A stretch of 64,000 nucleotides of DNA from the human T2T-CHM13v2.0 reference genome, Homo sapiens. This document shows positions 10,516 through 25,674 of the stretch, in pieces. How positions within the stretch are numbered: position 1 is the stretch's first letter; each line of letters opens with the position of its first letter. Below the pieces are notes generated by a model. It had not been told where the DNA came from, searched no databases, and saw only the letters and a program-made list of their open reading frames with translations. The translations under genes and the position numbers were made by a program. The stretch is taken from NCBI RefSeq assembly GCF_009914755.1, contig NC_060928.1, one strand, 5' to 3'.

Positions 10516-11719
10516 GTTTTGTGTCTTTTTCTGAAACCTTCACCCAAAGTCCCAATTCTCCAGGCTTGGCTAAAAGTCAATCTTGGAATAGTTTGACTTT
10601 GCAAAAGATTAAAAATGTCACTACAAAATGGAATGGATTCAAATCTGATTGTGACATGAATGTGTTCTTCTTGCACTGTCTCTGACAATACGTTACCTCC
10701 AGCTTCCCAGCTATAGCCCCCGCTCCTGTCTCCCTCTGTCTGAGTCTCTTATGCCCAATCCCTCCACTTTCTTTAAGTAAGTTGTATAGTAATGGTTTCC
10801 AAGAGAGGCCCAACCAAACCTAGAAATAACAAAAAACAGTGGGTTTGGCTGGAGGTAACCCATTGTGATGCCTCTGAAAGGGGCAACCTCTTGTTTCTTG
10901 GGCTTCATCCTTGAGTGGGCAAGAATAAAAATAATCATCCCCGTGAAATCAAAGGTTTTCTCCAGAAGCTCGAGGAACAAAGCTGATGGCTGGTGCTTGG
11001 GGTCGGTCCCTGTGGCCCAGCAGGGCTGGAACTAGTCGCTTCCAGGCACTCCAGCCGCCCTTGCCGAAAGGGCGGTAATACAGAGCTCACTTGTGCTTCC
11101 AAGCGTTGTTGAACAAAGACAGCCCCATGTGTCAGTGACAGCCCCTCCAGTCCGGGCTGCTGGATACCAGGAAAGGAAGGTGGAGGAGCTGCCATGGGAA
11201 GTGCCTGAGCCCATAGAGGCATGGACTTCTGGGAACCTGGTAGTGAGTGTCTGCATAGAGTAACAACAAGAAAAGAAAGGCCACATGGGCGTGAGGAAGA
11301 GTTCGATAAATACTTGGGGAATGGCTGAATGAACTGCCTAACAGTGCTGAGCTCTTGGAGTTCTGTATCAGGTCCTCCCTATCCTCAGTCGCCACCCTGT
11401 GTCATCAGAGACTAGCAAGTAATTGTACATCCACCCAGAAATCCATGGAGCACTCCACACACATTCTGAGGATTGTCAGAACGAGCAACGGTCTTGCCTT
11501 TGCCTGGACATTCTACCTTGTGGTCTGGCAGCAGCAGACCATGCCTGGCCTGCTTGGGTAAAGCAGCAAACTCTCCCTGCAGGTCCAGCTCAATGCAGAA
11601 CACGATGTAGAATTTGGATTCGGAACTAGCTTGATGGATTTCTGCTCCTTTCACATAGAAAAGCTCCAGATTGGGCCAAGTCAGCTTCCACCCTCCTTTC
11701 TGCTCCATTTATTATGCAG

Positions 11720-11955
11720 AATGTAGCTTCTGGAGTCAGACAGCCTGGATTTGCACTCCAGCTCTGCTGTCTACTAGCTGTGTGTCTTTGGACAAGTTGT
11801 TCAGCCTCTCAGAGTCTCTTTCATCATCCATAACACAAAGCTATCAAAAGTGCATACTCCCTGGGGTTGCTATGAGGATTCAGTGAGTTGGGACATCAAA
11901 GCACTGCAGACAGTGCCTGGCCCATAGGGGATGCTCAGCATATGTTAGCTATTAT
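11720..11955 (+). mobile_element. MIR
   Basis: TCTGGAGTCAGACAGCCTGG...GTTGCTATGAGGATT...CAGTGCCTGGC...TGTTAGCTATT. Confidence 0.8.
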
Positions 11956-12813
11956 AATAAGCTATTTTTAATCTACCTCTGCCTTCCAAAGAGTTAGATA
12001 TTTAGGGCTAGTTCAAACTAAAAAACAAAATGCCCAGGCAAATCATGAAAAAAGTCTTTAATCCCAGGGCTTTTTAAACTCCCAAGGTGTGCTCTGGGAC
12101 AGACAATTGTCTTCATTTAGGAGAAGTCAGGATAGGGGTTTCTAATTCATCCCATGATCAGCCTTGGACTTGTGCGCCCTGCTTCAAGCTGTGATTGGTC
12201 CTCAGAGCCCCTCTAGTAAATTTGGAAGGCTATCCCTTACAATCTTTTATATACAGAAATTTGGCCTCGTGTTGTTGTATGACAGCTCTTGCACCTGCAG
12301 CCACACACTCCCTACAGTGCAATGCTCTTCATCTACAAATCTTGGCCATTGCAAATTTTTTTTGGACCATGAGGGACACAAGCTAATTCAATGTCCATTA
12401 AATGCAATTTTGGTAGCACCTCGATGTTCTTCTCAGCATCTCCCCCATTTTCTGTTTAAGTTTTCCATTCCATTTTTTCCTTTTCCTATCCTATTCATCA
12501 CCTACTGCTCCACTCCTGAGTTCACAGTCAGCCTGAGGAGTCAGCCCCAGATGCAGGTTCCAGCCCTGCTGCAGCCCCCAGCTCCCTAGACTCTGTCCCC
12601 CAACTCCCCTCCCTTTCTTGCTCGGCCTTCAGTTCTCCTTCTCCCTGGTTTTCTGGGTGCTTGGCTCCTGAGGTCTGACTCCCCAACACCCACGGCCTGG
12701 TGAGAGAATTGATCCATGTACATGTGTGGCCGTGTATACTTACATGTGTGGTTGAGAGGGACTTTTATTTCCCACTGCTCCTGGCTCCACGTGGAGGGAT
12801 ATTACTAGAGTAA

Positions 12814-13318
<505 letters not shown>

Positions 13319-13756
13319 TGGATAAGCTTAATTCTAAGGTGAAATGTTGCAAGCCCACTGTCCCTGTAAACTGATGTCACATCCTCCTGTCAGTTGCAAA
13401 ATAGACATTTTTATCTCCACCTGACACCTACATCTATATATCAAAGGGTTCTGGGAACAGTAGGAAGAAAAAACGGCTATTGGCTATCCTAAAAACCCAG
13501 AACCTGGGTGCTTATCAGTGTACAGCTAGGAATGGAGATATACATACATGCCTGTGTGCATGCGCGGTGCAGGCCCAGGAGTGCCACATACGTGTGTGCA
13601 GGGTGTATGCTTGTGTACACAAGGGTGTGCATGAAGGAAAAACTAGGGCCAGAGGAAAGAGCTCCCCAATGAATAGAATTGCTAGGTTAGAGCTCGATGG
13701 GCCCAACTTACTTCTCACTCACATGGGAGATAAGAAACTATCATTATGAAAGTCTG

Positions 13757-15109
13757 GGTACTGGCACCAAAGCAGATATACAGACCAATGGAACAGAACA
13801 GAGACCTCAGAAATAACACCACACATCTACAACCATCTGATCTTCGACAAACCTGACAAAAACAAGCAATGGGGAAAGCATCTCCTATTCAATAAATGGT
13901 GCTGGGAAAACTGGCTAGCCATATGAAGAAAACAGAAACTGGATTCCTTCCTTACACCATATACAAAAATTATCTCAAGATGGATTAAAGACTTAACTGT
14001 AAAACCCAAAACCATAAAAACCCTAGAAGAAAACCTAGGCAATACCATTCAGGACATAGGCGTGGGCAAAGACTTCATGATGAAAGCACCAAAAGCAATG
14101 GCAACAAAAGCCAAAATTGACAAACAGGACCTAAATAAACTAAAGAGCTCAGGCACAGCAAAAGAAACTATCATCAGAGTGAACAGGCAACCTACAGAAC
14201 GGCAGAAAATTTTTGCAATCTACCCATCTGACAAAGGTTTAATGTCCAGAATTTACAAGGAACTTGAACACATTTACATGAAAAAAAAAAACCCATCATA
14301 AAGTGGGCAAGGGATATGAACAGACACTTCTCAAAAGAAGACATCTGTGCAGCCAACAGACATATGAAAAAAAATGCTCATGATCACTGATCATTACAGA
14401 AACGCAAATCAAAACCACAATGAGATACCATCTCATGCCAGTCAGAATGGCGATTATTAAAAAGTCAAGAAACAATAGATGCTGTGGAGAAATAGGAACA
14501 CTTTTATACTGTTGCTGGGAATGTAAATTAGTTCAACCATTGTGGAAGACAGCGTGGCGATTCCTCAAGGATCTAGAACCAGAAATACCATTTTACCCAG
14601 CAATCCCATTACTGGGTATATACCCAAAGGAATAGAAGTCATTCAACTATGAAGACACATGCACACGTATGTTTATTGCAGCACTGTTTACAATAGCAAA
14701 GTCATGGAACCAACCCAAATACCCATCAATGACAACCTATGTAAAGAAAATGTGGTACATATACATCGTGGAATGCTATGTAGCCACAAAAAGGAATGAG
14801 ATCATGTCCTTTGCAGGGACATGGATGAAGCTGGAAGCCATCACCCTCAGCAAAGTAACACAGGAACAGAAAACCAAACACTGCATGTTCTCACTCATAA
14901 GTGGGAGTTGAACAATAAGAACACATGGACACAGGGAGGGGAGCAACACATACCAGGGTCTGTTACGGGGTGGGGAACAAGGGGAGGGAACTGAAAGGAT
15001 TGGTCAATGGGTGCAGCAAACCACCATGGCACACGTATACCTATGTAACAAACCTGCACATTCTGCACATGTATCCCAGAACTTAAAGTATAATAATAAT
15101 AACAATAAA
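13757..15109 (+). mobile_element. 5'-truncated primate L1 (L1PA-type): ORF2 3' end and 3'UTR
   Basis: Broken ORF2 peptides ([27 protein letters not shown]...CMFSLISGS), G-rich 3'UTR, tail, and TSD GAAAGTCTG at 13748-13756 and 15110-15118. Confidence 0.93.
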
Positions 15110-15523
15110 GAAAGTCTGCAAATCTGTGCGATTATGCTTTTTGACCATCTCCCTCTATAGTGAGTAGGGCTGAAGCAAAACAGAAGAGTGGCAGCAAGCA
15201 GCGTTATGCTGAATAGGGGCATGGGAGATGGGGGGGACGTTATTGAAATGCTGGTAAATGGGGATGGGAAATTGAATGGGGTAGGAACTCTGGGCTAGAC
15301 TATAGAGAGAGTGAGAGGAAAAAGGACCCCATGAGAATTGGGAAAGTGAGCATTTTTGCTTCATTTACTATAATGTTTAGCTTAAAAGCAAGAGTCAATA
15401 AAATATATTAGTTAAAACTTTATAAATATAATGAAACTTTATCACTATGATATTTCTAGATGACCTGCAATGTTTGCAATGACACAAAAGCAAGACTTCC
15501 CTATAATGTTGTTAGTTATATTA

Positions 15524-15952
<429 letters not shown>

Positions 15953-17329
15953 CTAGCCTTGTTGCTCTTTCTAAATACAACATAAAATGTGGTAAGTGAA
16001 GAAAAAATTCCTATAGAGGGTAGCCAGAAATAAACTGCCTGAGGTTTTAGGACTGGAAGTTGCACCCTGTCCCTGTACTTTTTGGATGTATTATATGCTC
16101 TATGCATAGCCATAACTGCAAACCAGATAGCCCTCGCAATACTGCGGGAGTATAGCAAAGCCAGTTCTGGGCACTTGGAGAAGCTGTTTTGGAAAAAAGT
16201 CAAATCGGAGAGTGTCATATGCAACCTTACATTCTGGCCACAAGCAATAAATCTGTGAAAGCTTGCAGAACCTGATTCCACAAACCCTTCCTACTCTGAG
16301 TTACAGTAAAGAGGTAGATGTGAATACAAGTGAATCCCATCTGAACTACATCACAGCTCGGTCAAAAAGACGAGAGCAGCGTGGATATTGTCGTATTAGA
16401 ACCGAATGATAGTGACTCTGGCCTTGAACCCAGGCTGATGATGGCCCAAATATATGTGGTGAAGGAAGGCTACTGGGGAAGGCATTTCATTGCTCTGTCA
16501 TTAATTTCAGAACAAAGAAATTGAATAAACAATTTCTCAGAATACAATTAAAAAATGAAAAGATAATTTCTAAAATGATGGAAACTAGGATCGTGTTATC
16601 TGTTTCCTTGATGTGAAAAGAACACTTATCAATGAGACAATACTTTCAAACCTTTTCATTTATGTATTAGAGAAAGAGACACCCAGAAAGGTGAACATGC
16701 TCACTGGATAAATGGAGTTTAGATAACAGTAATTTCCAAGAAGCATCAAATGATTTTTCTGTGAGAAGGACAGTCCTGTAGATAATAAGCAAGTGATGTG
16801 GGTAGAGAGAGCATTGATAAATGTACAGTACACTTGATGGTGGCTCTCTGGCATCAGGTGTTCACTGTGATTTGCAAGTTTCTTTCAAAAAAGATGTTTA
16901 ATCAATTTTCCCATCTAACTTCTCGTCATGCTTTGACATGGTATGATAAACCTTGTCTTCACTAAGGAGGAAGTTGCAGAGCTTAAGAACTGATCTAATG
17001 CTTCTCAGAAGCTCTCTGTAGAGTCTTCCAGTCACCCTGGAGCTACAGAAGAGAAACTTATTGGACAAATAAACTCTTCCTCCCGAAATAAATATAAACA
17101 TATCAAAATATAAATGTTTCTGCCCTTCTCGTCTCTCCTCTTTCTCTCTGCCTCCTACCCTGATTCCCAGCTTTTTTCCTGTTGGGCAGGATTCAGTTAT
17201 CCTGAAGGTTTCTTTTGAGGCCCTTAATCTAGGCAAAATCATCCCATGTGATATAGGAAAATCACACGTTGGTCTCATTTCCTGATCTGCCTTCACCCCA
17301 GGGAGACTCACGCAACCTCTCTCCCTTGA

Positions 17330-17740
17330 TCCACCTCATCCCAAGATCAGTCTCTCTCTCCTGAACTCCACGTCTTGTCAATTTTGCCACCTGCCTTGAA
17401 TACTTTCGCTTCTCTCCATCCTCTCTGCCCTCACCACAGGCCAGGCTACCAATGTTCCTTTTCAGACCCCGTCCCCGCTTTCCACCAATTCTCCCAGCCT
17501 CCATTTTTGCTCCCTCTAATTCATTTTCAGCATAGCAGGAAGAGTGATTTTTTCCTGAAACTCACATCTTAAATTCCTCTGTCTAAAATTATTCGGTGGC
17601 TTCCTGTTGCTCTTAGGATGAAGTCCAAGTTCCTTGTGAGATCTTCCCGTGGAGGCCCCTGCATATTTATTTCTCAAGCCTCTTTGCTTGACATTACCCC
17701 AAATCAGCTTCCAGGCACACTGACTTCCTTCATTTCTCGG
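17330..17740 (+). mobile_element. L2 fragment
   Basis: Pyrimidine-rich L2-like text (TGGCTTCCTGTTGCTCTTAGGATGAAGTCCAA). Confidence 0.6.
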
Positions 17741-18084
17741 GTGGATGGAGCTCTCTTCCATGCCAGGCTCTTGGGAATGCTGTGTTTGAGAGGCAAAGAA
17801 AAGTCCCAAGTACCTTTTCCCTTAGGCGATTGGTCAGCACACCCAGCCCTGCTGACTCTTCTCCAGTGAAAGGTTGGTCCTTATCCTCACCAGGTGAAGG
17901 GAAAGGCGTAATTGTAGCGACATTGTCCCCATTCATATAAACCTGTTTCTGGAATGGCTTCAGAAACCCTAGGTATGAAATGCTGACAAAATTATATGGA
18001 ATGCGTGTTCTATGTTTTCTCTGGACTTTCGTTAATTCTTGTAGTCAAACAATACCATTGCTAGAGGCATTAATTATATCATCA

Positions 18085-18318
18085 CTGAGAGGCGTGGTGA
18101 TTAAGAACATGGCCCTGGAGCTAGACTGCTGGGCTGGAGTCCAGGCTCAGCTGTTTTCTAGTTGTATGACCTCCAGTGCACGGCTTCACAGCTCTGGGCT
18201 TCAGTTTGCACCAGGTGAATGGGACAGTTGTGCCTATCCCACTGGTGGGTGGGAGGATTCAAGAAGTCAACAGAGCAGCGGCTGGATAATAGTTTCAACC
18301 CCATAGCTGTTAGCTATT
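18085..18318 (+). mobile_element. MIR
   Basis: GTGGTGATTAAGAACATGGCCCTGGAGCTAGACTGC...TGTTAGCTATT. Confidence 0.7.
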
Positions 18319-18331
18319 AGAACTGAAATCT

Positions 18332-18645
18332 GGCCGAGTACCATGGCTCACGCCTGTAATCCCAGCAATTTGGGAGGCCGAGGTCGGCAGATCAACTGAG
18401 GTCAGGAGTTCGAGACCAGCCTGGCCAACACAACGAAACCCTGTCTCTACTAAAAATACAAAAATTAGCCATGCATGGTGGCGTGTGCCTGTAATCCCAG
18501 CTACTCAGGAGGCTGAGGCAGGGGAATCGCTTGAACCCAGGAGGTGGAGGTTGCAGTGACTCAAGATTGACCCAAAATTGTGCCACTGCACTCCAGCCTG
18601 GGTGACAGAGTGAAACTCTCCATCTCGGGGAAAAAAAAAAAAAAA
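18332..18645 (+). mobile_element. Alu (AluS-like)
   Basis: Full dimer, TSD AGAACTGAAATCT. Confidence 0.95.
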
Positions 18646-18894
18646 AGAACTGAAATCTGTGTGAGATTTTGATATGGATGAAAACTGTATCCTTTGAAAC
18701 TGGTTACCTACTTCTACTTACAATATTGAATTTTTGAAAAAATTGTTTATGTTGTCAATTCACTGTCTTTTTTTTTTCCTTGAAGCAGTCTTAGTTTTAG
18801 CATTTCCCTCTTTTTTCTTTTGTTTTCCTGGGTCAGTGACTTTAAAGCATTTCCCTCTTTGCATCAGGGAAAATATTAAGAATGGAAGAAAGGA

Positions 18895-19022
18895 ACCTGC
18901 ATGGCAGTGTGCGCCTGTAATCCCAGCTGCTTGGGAGAACAAGGGGGGAGGATCACGCAAGCCCAGGAGTTCTAGACCAGCTTGGGCAATGTTCAGAGAC
19001 CCCATCTCTAAAAAGTTTTTAA
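18895..19022 (+). mobile_element. Alu monomer (FLAM-like)
   Basis: Diverged single arm CCTGTAATCCCAGC...GAGACCCCATCTCTAAAAA. Confidence 0.75.
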
Positions 19023-19045
19023 AAGGAAGGAAGACAGAGATCTTT

Positions 19046-19086
19046 TTTAGTGCTGGTATTACAGGCATGAGCCACCACGCCTGGCC
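19046..19086 (-). mobile_element. 38-nt Alu 5' stub with TSD
   Basis: Alu nt 1-38 only, flanked by CAGAGATCTTT at 19035-19045 and 19087-19097. Confidence 0.85.
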
Positions 19087-19702
19087 CAGAGATCTTTGTT
19101 AGAACTTGCTAAGGATCAGGTACAAAGATGGCTCCAGAAGATCCCGGTATTAAGAGTGCAGAGCAGCCACTGGGGTGGAAAAGGGCAGAGGATTTGTCTT
19201 AAAGCTGCATTCACACAACAAACACACTGTTTGGAGTGGGCTTCGTGGAGCTGGTGGAAATCAAGAGGGGGCCACCTCACCCAAAAGAGCCTCTTTGACG
19301 CCTCCCAGTGCCTGTCACGGTGGTAGGTACTTTCACACGTAGTCACTCCATTCCATCCCCACAGTAACCTCTGCAGTAGGCATCATTACACACAGCCTGC
19401 AGCTGAGGGCCAACACAGCTTCTCCAAAGTCACATAACTATTCCATGGCAGCACCAGGATTGCAACTACAATATGTTTGCTTCCCAGTCTAGTGCGCTTT
19501 CTTCTATGCAGCAGCTGCGAAATCAACAACATTTTTATACTCTCTTAGAATAGCAAGGTCTAAGGCTAAGTTTAGAAATGCTCTTCTCTCCTGGTGTAAA
19601 GTTGTAGTCCTCCTTGACTTCAAAACTGAGCAGTTGAGTGTCCCAATGTAGTCTTTAAAATTCAGCTTAAAAAAAATCACATCCCTTTCCATTAACAAAT
19701 TT

Positions 19703-20022
<320 letters not shown>

Positions 20023-21813
20023 TAGAAAGGATAAAGCAGACACAAAAACACCTGTCCCACCATCCAGATATAAGCACTGTTAGCTTTTTTGACATGCTTC
20101 CTTACAGTTTTTTTATGCACACACTAATTTAAAAATACATCTTCAATAGCTAATACACTTATATGGGACAAAATGTTAAACATACAAAAGCGTATGTGGT
20201 GACAAATAAGTCTTCCTCTGGTGTCTGTCCCCAGCCATCCAGTGTCCATCCTAGGAAGCAGTCACTAGTATCAGTTTTTTGTGTATCCTTTAAAAGATAG
20301 TCCACACAGGCACATAAACTGAGTAATTTTTAAATTCTTGTTTTTTGAAAACAGTATATCATTTTATGAATAAATACAAACACATATCTAATTTTCCTTC
20401 TCCCCTGGATCTGACTCACCTTCCGTCTTACCGCTTTCCCGGCATTTCACACTCAGATTTGTCCAAGATGTTGACAGCCAGTCAAAATCACCTTGAGATA
20501 GTCCTTGCTGGTCAATCCAGCATGAGAGGAATCAAGTTGGTGAAGGCTTTTCCCCATAAACATCCCACCTGAGAGAGACAAGGGATCTGAAGTGACACAA
20601 TGCTGCGTCTGTCCCCAGCAGGGCTGCACGTGTACCGGGGTGTGAGGTGTTGGATCACAGCTCTGTGTGCAGCATCCTTCCAGTAAACCAAGTCTTTCTA
20701 CGTGGTAAGGGTCACTGGCCCATTCCACTCCCTGACAATTCTGTCGACTAGAATACCTGCAGTTGCCTGAACTTGCCGAGCTCTCCCCGGCCTTTGCGGA
20801 GACTCCTCCATCTCAAGTCATCCCACCACCACCCCAGCAGCCTCACCTCCCTTCTTTACCTGGCGAACTCCAGCTTCCTCTTTAGGGCGTAGTCTCCATC
20901 TCTTTTGGGAAGCTTCCTCTGATGCGCCACCTGCTCTCCTCCCGATCCCCATGAGACACTGCTATCTGTTTCTCTTCATAATCTGTGCACGACCCCTGCC
21001 ATTCATTTAACAAATGCCTGTTAAGTGCCTGCGCGTGCCAGGACTGAGAGGACTGGAAGCAAGGCAAGCAATGTGCTGATAGCAGTTAGAGGCTATTGAG
21101 GAAGGCATTAAATACAGTAAGTAATTATTAAAGTGTGACAAGTCCAGAAGAGGAACTCTGGGGCATGGGCAGAGGGGATCCAGCTCAGAGGCTCTCAACT
21201 GGTTGAGGTGAGGCAGAGAAAGTTGCATTTCAGCTGATACCAGAAGAAAATGTAGGAATTAACCAGGTGAGATGGGAAAGAAAAGGAAGAAAGAGGTTTC
21301 AGGGAGACAGAACATCTTTGTGAGGGCTCCAAGGCATGCAAGAAGCCCTTTTGAGGAGCTGGTGGTTGTCTAGTATGGCCTGTGAGTTGTTGGAAGACTG
21401 GATTAGATATGCCTTTCAATCTCTGGTTTCCATGTAGAGAAAGAACTAGAGAGGAGCAAGACTCGAGATAGGGACCAGTATTTGTAGCATTTACGTGGGA
21501 TTCCTCTAGAAAGAGTTGAAGCCCAGTATGCACTTATTTCGGTTTCGTAATTCTGCACTATTTTTGACGGTTGACTCATCTCCGAGCTTTTTAATAGGGC
21601 ACTAGATCATACTCATGTTTTCAACCCCAGAACTTAGCACAGAGTCTGGCACAGAATATGGGCTCAAGAACTGTCTATAAAAGACAAATGGAGCAATTCC
21701 TTATGGTAGCTTAAGCTCTAAGATGAGGCTCTTTTTTTTGTTGTTAAATTGAGTAGAGCAAGAATGCAACACAAAATGGAGTCTCTTACTATTTCTGATA
21801 AAATGTACATTTA

Positions 21814-21999
<186 letters not shown>

Positions 22000-22186
22000 T
22001 TATTACACAAACGCCAATTTCCAAACTTCAAAATAAATGACAAGTATTTTCCATAGTAGTGGCAGCAACTCAAAGATCCAACCACAGGTGAGGGGTTTCT
22101 GGTAGCCACTGAAATTGATCCTGAGGAAGAGTGTGCTTGACATGGAAATGATAACAATGACTTCAATAATAAAAATTATACATCTA

Positions 22187-22688
<502 letters not shown>

Positions 22689-24708
22689 CTAAGTTATGGG
22701 GATAGGATTTTGAGTGTTAGAGAACAGAATAAAGAGAATGTAATGCTCATAAGAACTAAACACTTTAAAACATCTTTTTATTATAAAATAAAACAAAGAT
22801 ACAGGAAACCACACAAAGCAAATAGTGGCTTACTGATTTATCTTAAGGTGAACAGCCTTGTAACCACCACCCAGGTCAAGATAGAACTTTGCCCCTTCCC
22901 TGTGACCTCATCCCAACCACAACCTCTTTCTCCCCAGCTAGCTAACGATTATCCTGATTTTTATAGTAATCATTTCCATGGATGTTTTTAAAACATAGTT
23001 TTAACACCCAAATGCATCCCTGGAGAGTCCAGTTTTTGTCTCGCTCATTTGAAAGCATTTGGCATGTTTTTCAGATCTCTTCTAATCCACACATTTCCCT
23101 TCCATCTTCGTCATTTCCTTACAATCCATCTGTTGGATCAATATATTGGCTACTTGGCCTGGACAGTCACAGAGGGAGGATATTGCTGCTGGTGGAGCTG
23201 TAGTGAGCTCTGTATGTTCCTCCGTCTTCTCTATTCCTGCAGCTGGATCCAGAGGCTGGAGCAGACTCAGGTTCCATCCATTCGGCTAAACTAAGTGCTT
23301 TGTTTCTGAACAACTGGAATGAAGTATTAATAAGTCTTCCTTTCACTTTGGCCCCTTCAGAGTTGTTCCCAGCCTCACCTGTCTGCCCGCCTCCCGCATT
23401 CCCGTTGCATCCTGTCCTGGGCCACCAGTCACAGACATGCTCTCCAGGCCCCCTCACACCCTTATTGGTTCTAACAGCTCGCAACGCTAATCGGTTCCTC
23501 TGACTTGGACAAGAGTGACTACCTCGTCTCACTTCCTTAGGCAGAGCTCTCTGGCTTATTGAGGTGGGAGTTTCCAGTCCAGTCTATTCACTCTGACACT
23601 TCACCTACAAAGTGAATAGACAGCGATTCTCTTTTTCACTCAAATACCTCAACCTCTTCCCCATTCGTTTCCCAAATATTACTTTCAGTCACATTGAAGG
23701 AAAAAAATTGACTTGAAAGTTTAAAACTGCTCCAGTGACCTCATTTACAATTCTGACATGCAGCTTGAGATCACCTTTTAACTTCTGAATGCACTTTTGG
23801 CCCAGAGACATTTAAAATATCACAATTATTACCTATTACTGTCATTGTCGTATCCTATGATACAGCTGATCAGAAACGAAGTTTGATCCGGGTAGTGGAT
23901 AGCTTTGAACTGCCATCCTAATAATTTAGATTTATGGAGCATTATTTTTGGAAGAATTAAAAGTGCCTTGTCAATACATTTTTCTGGAAGTGAAATAACA
24001 GATCCTAATTTTCAGACCAGACTGAGCCAGGCACTCAGTTCTGCCTACCATAGCACTGACACTCCATTGGCCTGGGCACCTCCCTCTCCTTCTCCCCCTT
24101 GCAGTCCATCACCAAAACCTTCAATCTTTCCACTTGTCTCCATATCCTGTGATACTCTCATAGTTCAAGCCACTATATCTCACCTTTGCCACAGCCACCT
24201 AACCGGACTCCCAGGCTACTTTTTTGGCTTCTCAGAATCTGTTTCCCACATAGCAGTCTGAGCGGCCTATTTAGGTGGAGTTTAGACAGTGTTTAACCTC
24301 TCATTGCTGCAGGTTAAACCCAAGCTCCTCCCCACAGCGACAGGACTGTGCTCCACTCTTGCCCTCCTCCCTACCCTCGTGGCTTTCTGCTTCCCACATT
24401 GCTGCCTCTGCACCTGCTACCTTGGTCTCCCCTGGTGCCTCAGAGCACTCCAGGCCTTATCAGCACAGGCCTTACAACTCCCGTCCCACTCCCCTCACCA
24501 CGCTCACCAGCAGGTGTCAGCAAGGCTTTCCTGGACCACCTCCCCTTACCCACCCATCTATATCTGGCGGTAGAAACCTGTTGCTTTTTTCTCCTTCAAA
24601 TTACTTACCATAATTAGTTTAAACTGTATCAAAACATGCATAATATAAAATCTGTCATTTTAATCACTTTCAAGTGAACTGTTCTGTGGCGTTACATTGC
24701 TGTGCGAC

Positions 24709-25184
24709 TGAAACAGACCCAATAGTCCCATAAACAGTTTTTTTGTTTGTTTGTTTGGTTTGTTGGTCGGTTGTTTTTGATAAACATAGAAATAGACCCT
24801 TGTGGTCTTAAAGCTTAAAACTTACATTTGTTTTATCTGAGTTTTTTCCTCAGGAAAGGACTCCCAGGCCTCTCAAAAAGTATCAAAGAACTAAAACTCA
24901 CCAGATCACTACATCCGGACAATGAGATCCAGGCCCCTCATTCACCATGATGGGTTCCTCACCCCTTCCAAGTTCCTGTTTTCCCATACATGGTTACATT
25001 TCTTCCCTGCTGTATAAAGCCCTAGTTTTAGCTGATCAGGGAGATGGATTTGAGACTGAGATCCCATCTCCTCAGCTGTAGCACCTAGTTAAAGCTTCCT
25101 CCTGGCAATACTCGCTGTCACAGTGGTTGGCTTTCTGTGCGGCGAGCAGCAGGACCTAGATCAAACCCCTGGCGTTTGGTAACA
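24709..25184 (+). mobile_element. Solo ERV LTR (LTR47-like, tentative)
   Basis: TG...CA ends, TATAAA-like box near 25013, 4-bp TSD CGAC/CAAC splitting the L1 motif TGTGCAACCATCACC. Confidence 0.75.
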
Positions 25185-25368
25185 CAACCATCACCTCCAT
25201 TCATCTCCAGAACTTTTTCATCTTCTCTAACTGAAATTGTACCCATTAAACACTAACTCCCTATTCCTGCTTAGCCCAACCCCCTGGTAACCACCATTCT
25301 CTTCCTGTCTCCATGGATGAAACTACTCTAGGAACCTCATGTAAGAGGAAGCATATGGTAGCTGTTCA

Positions 25369-25674
<306 letters not shown>

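Noticed and set aside
14062-14911. ORF2-like peptides
   Set aside because: Fragments of a 5'-truncated, frameshifted L1; cannot encode a functional protein.
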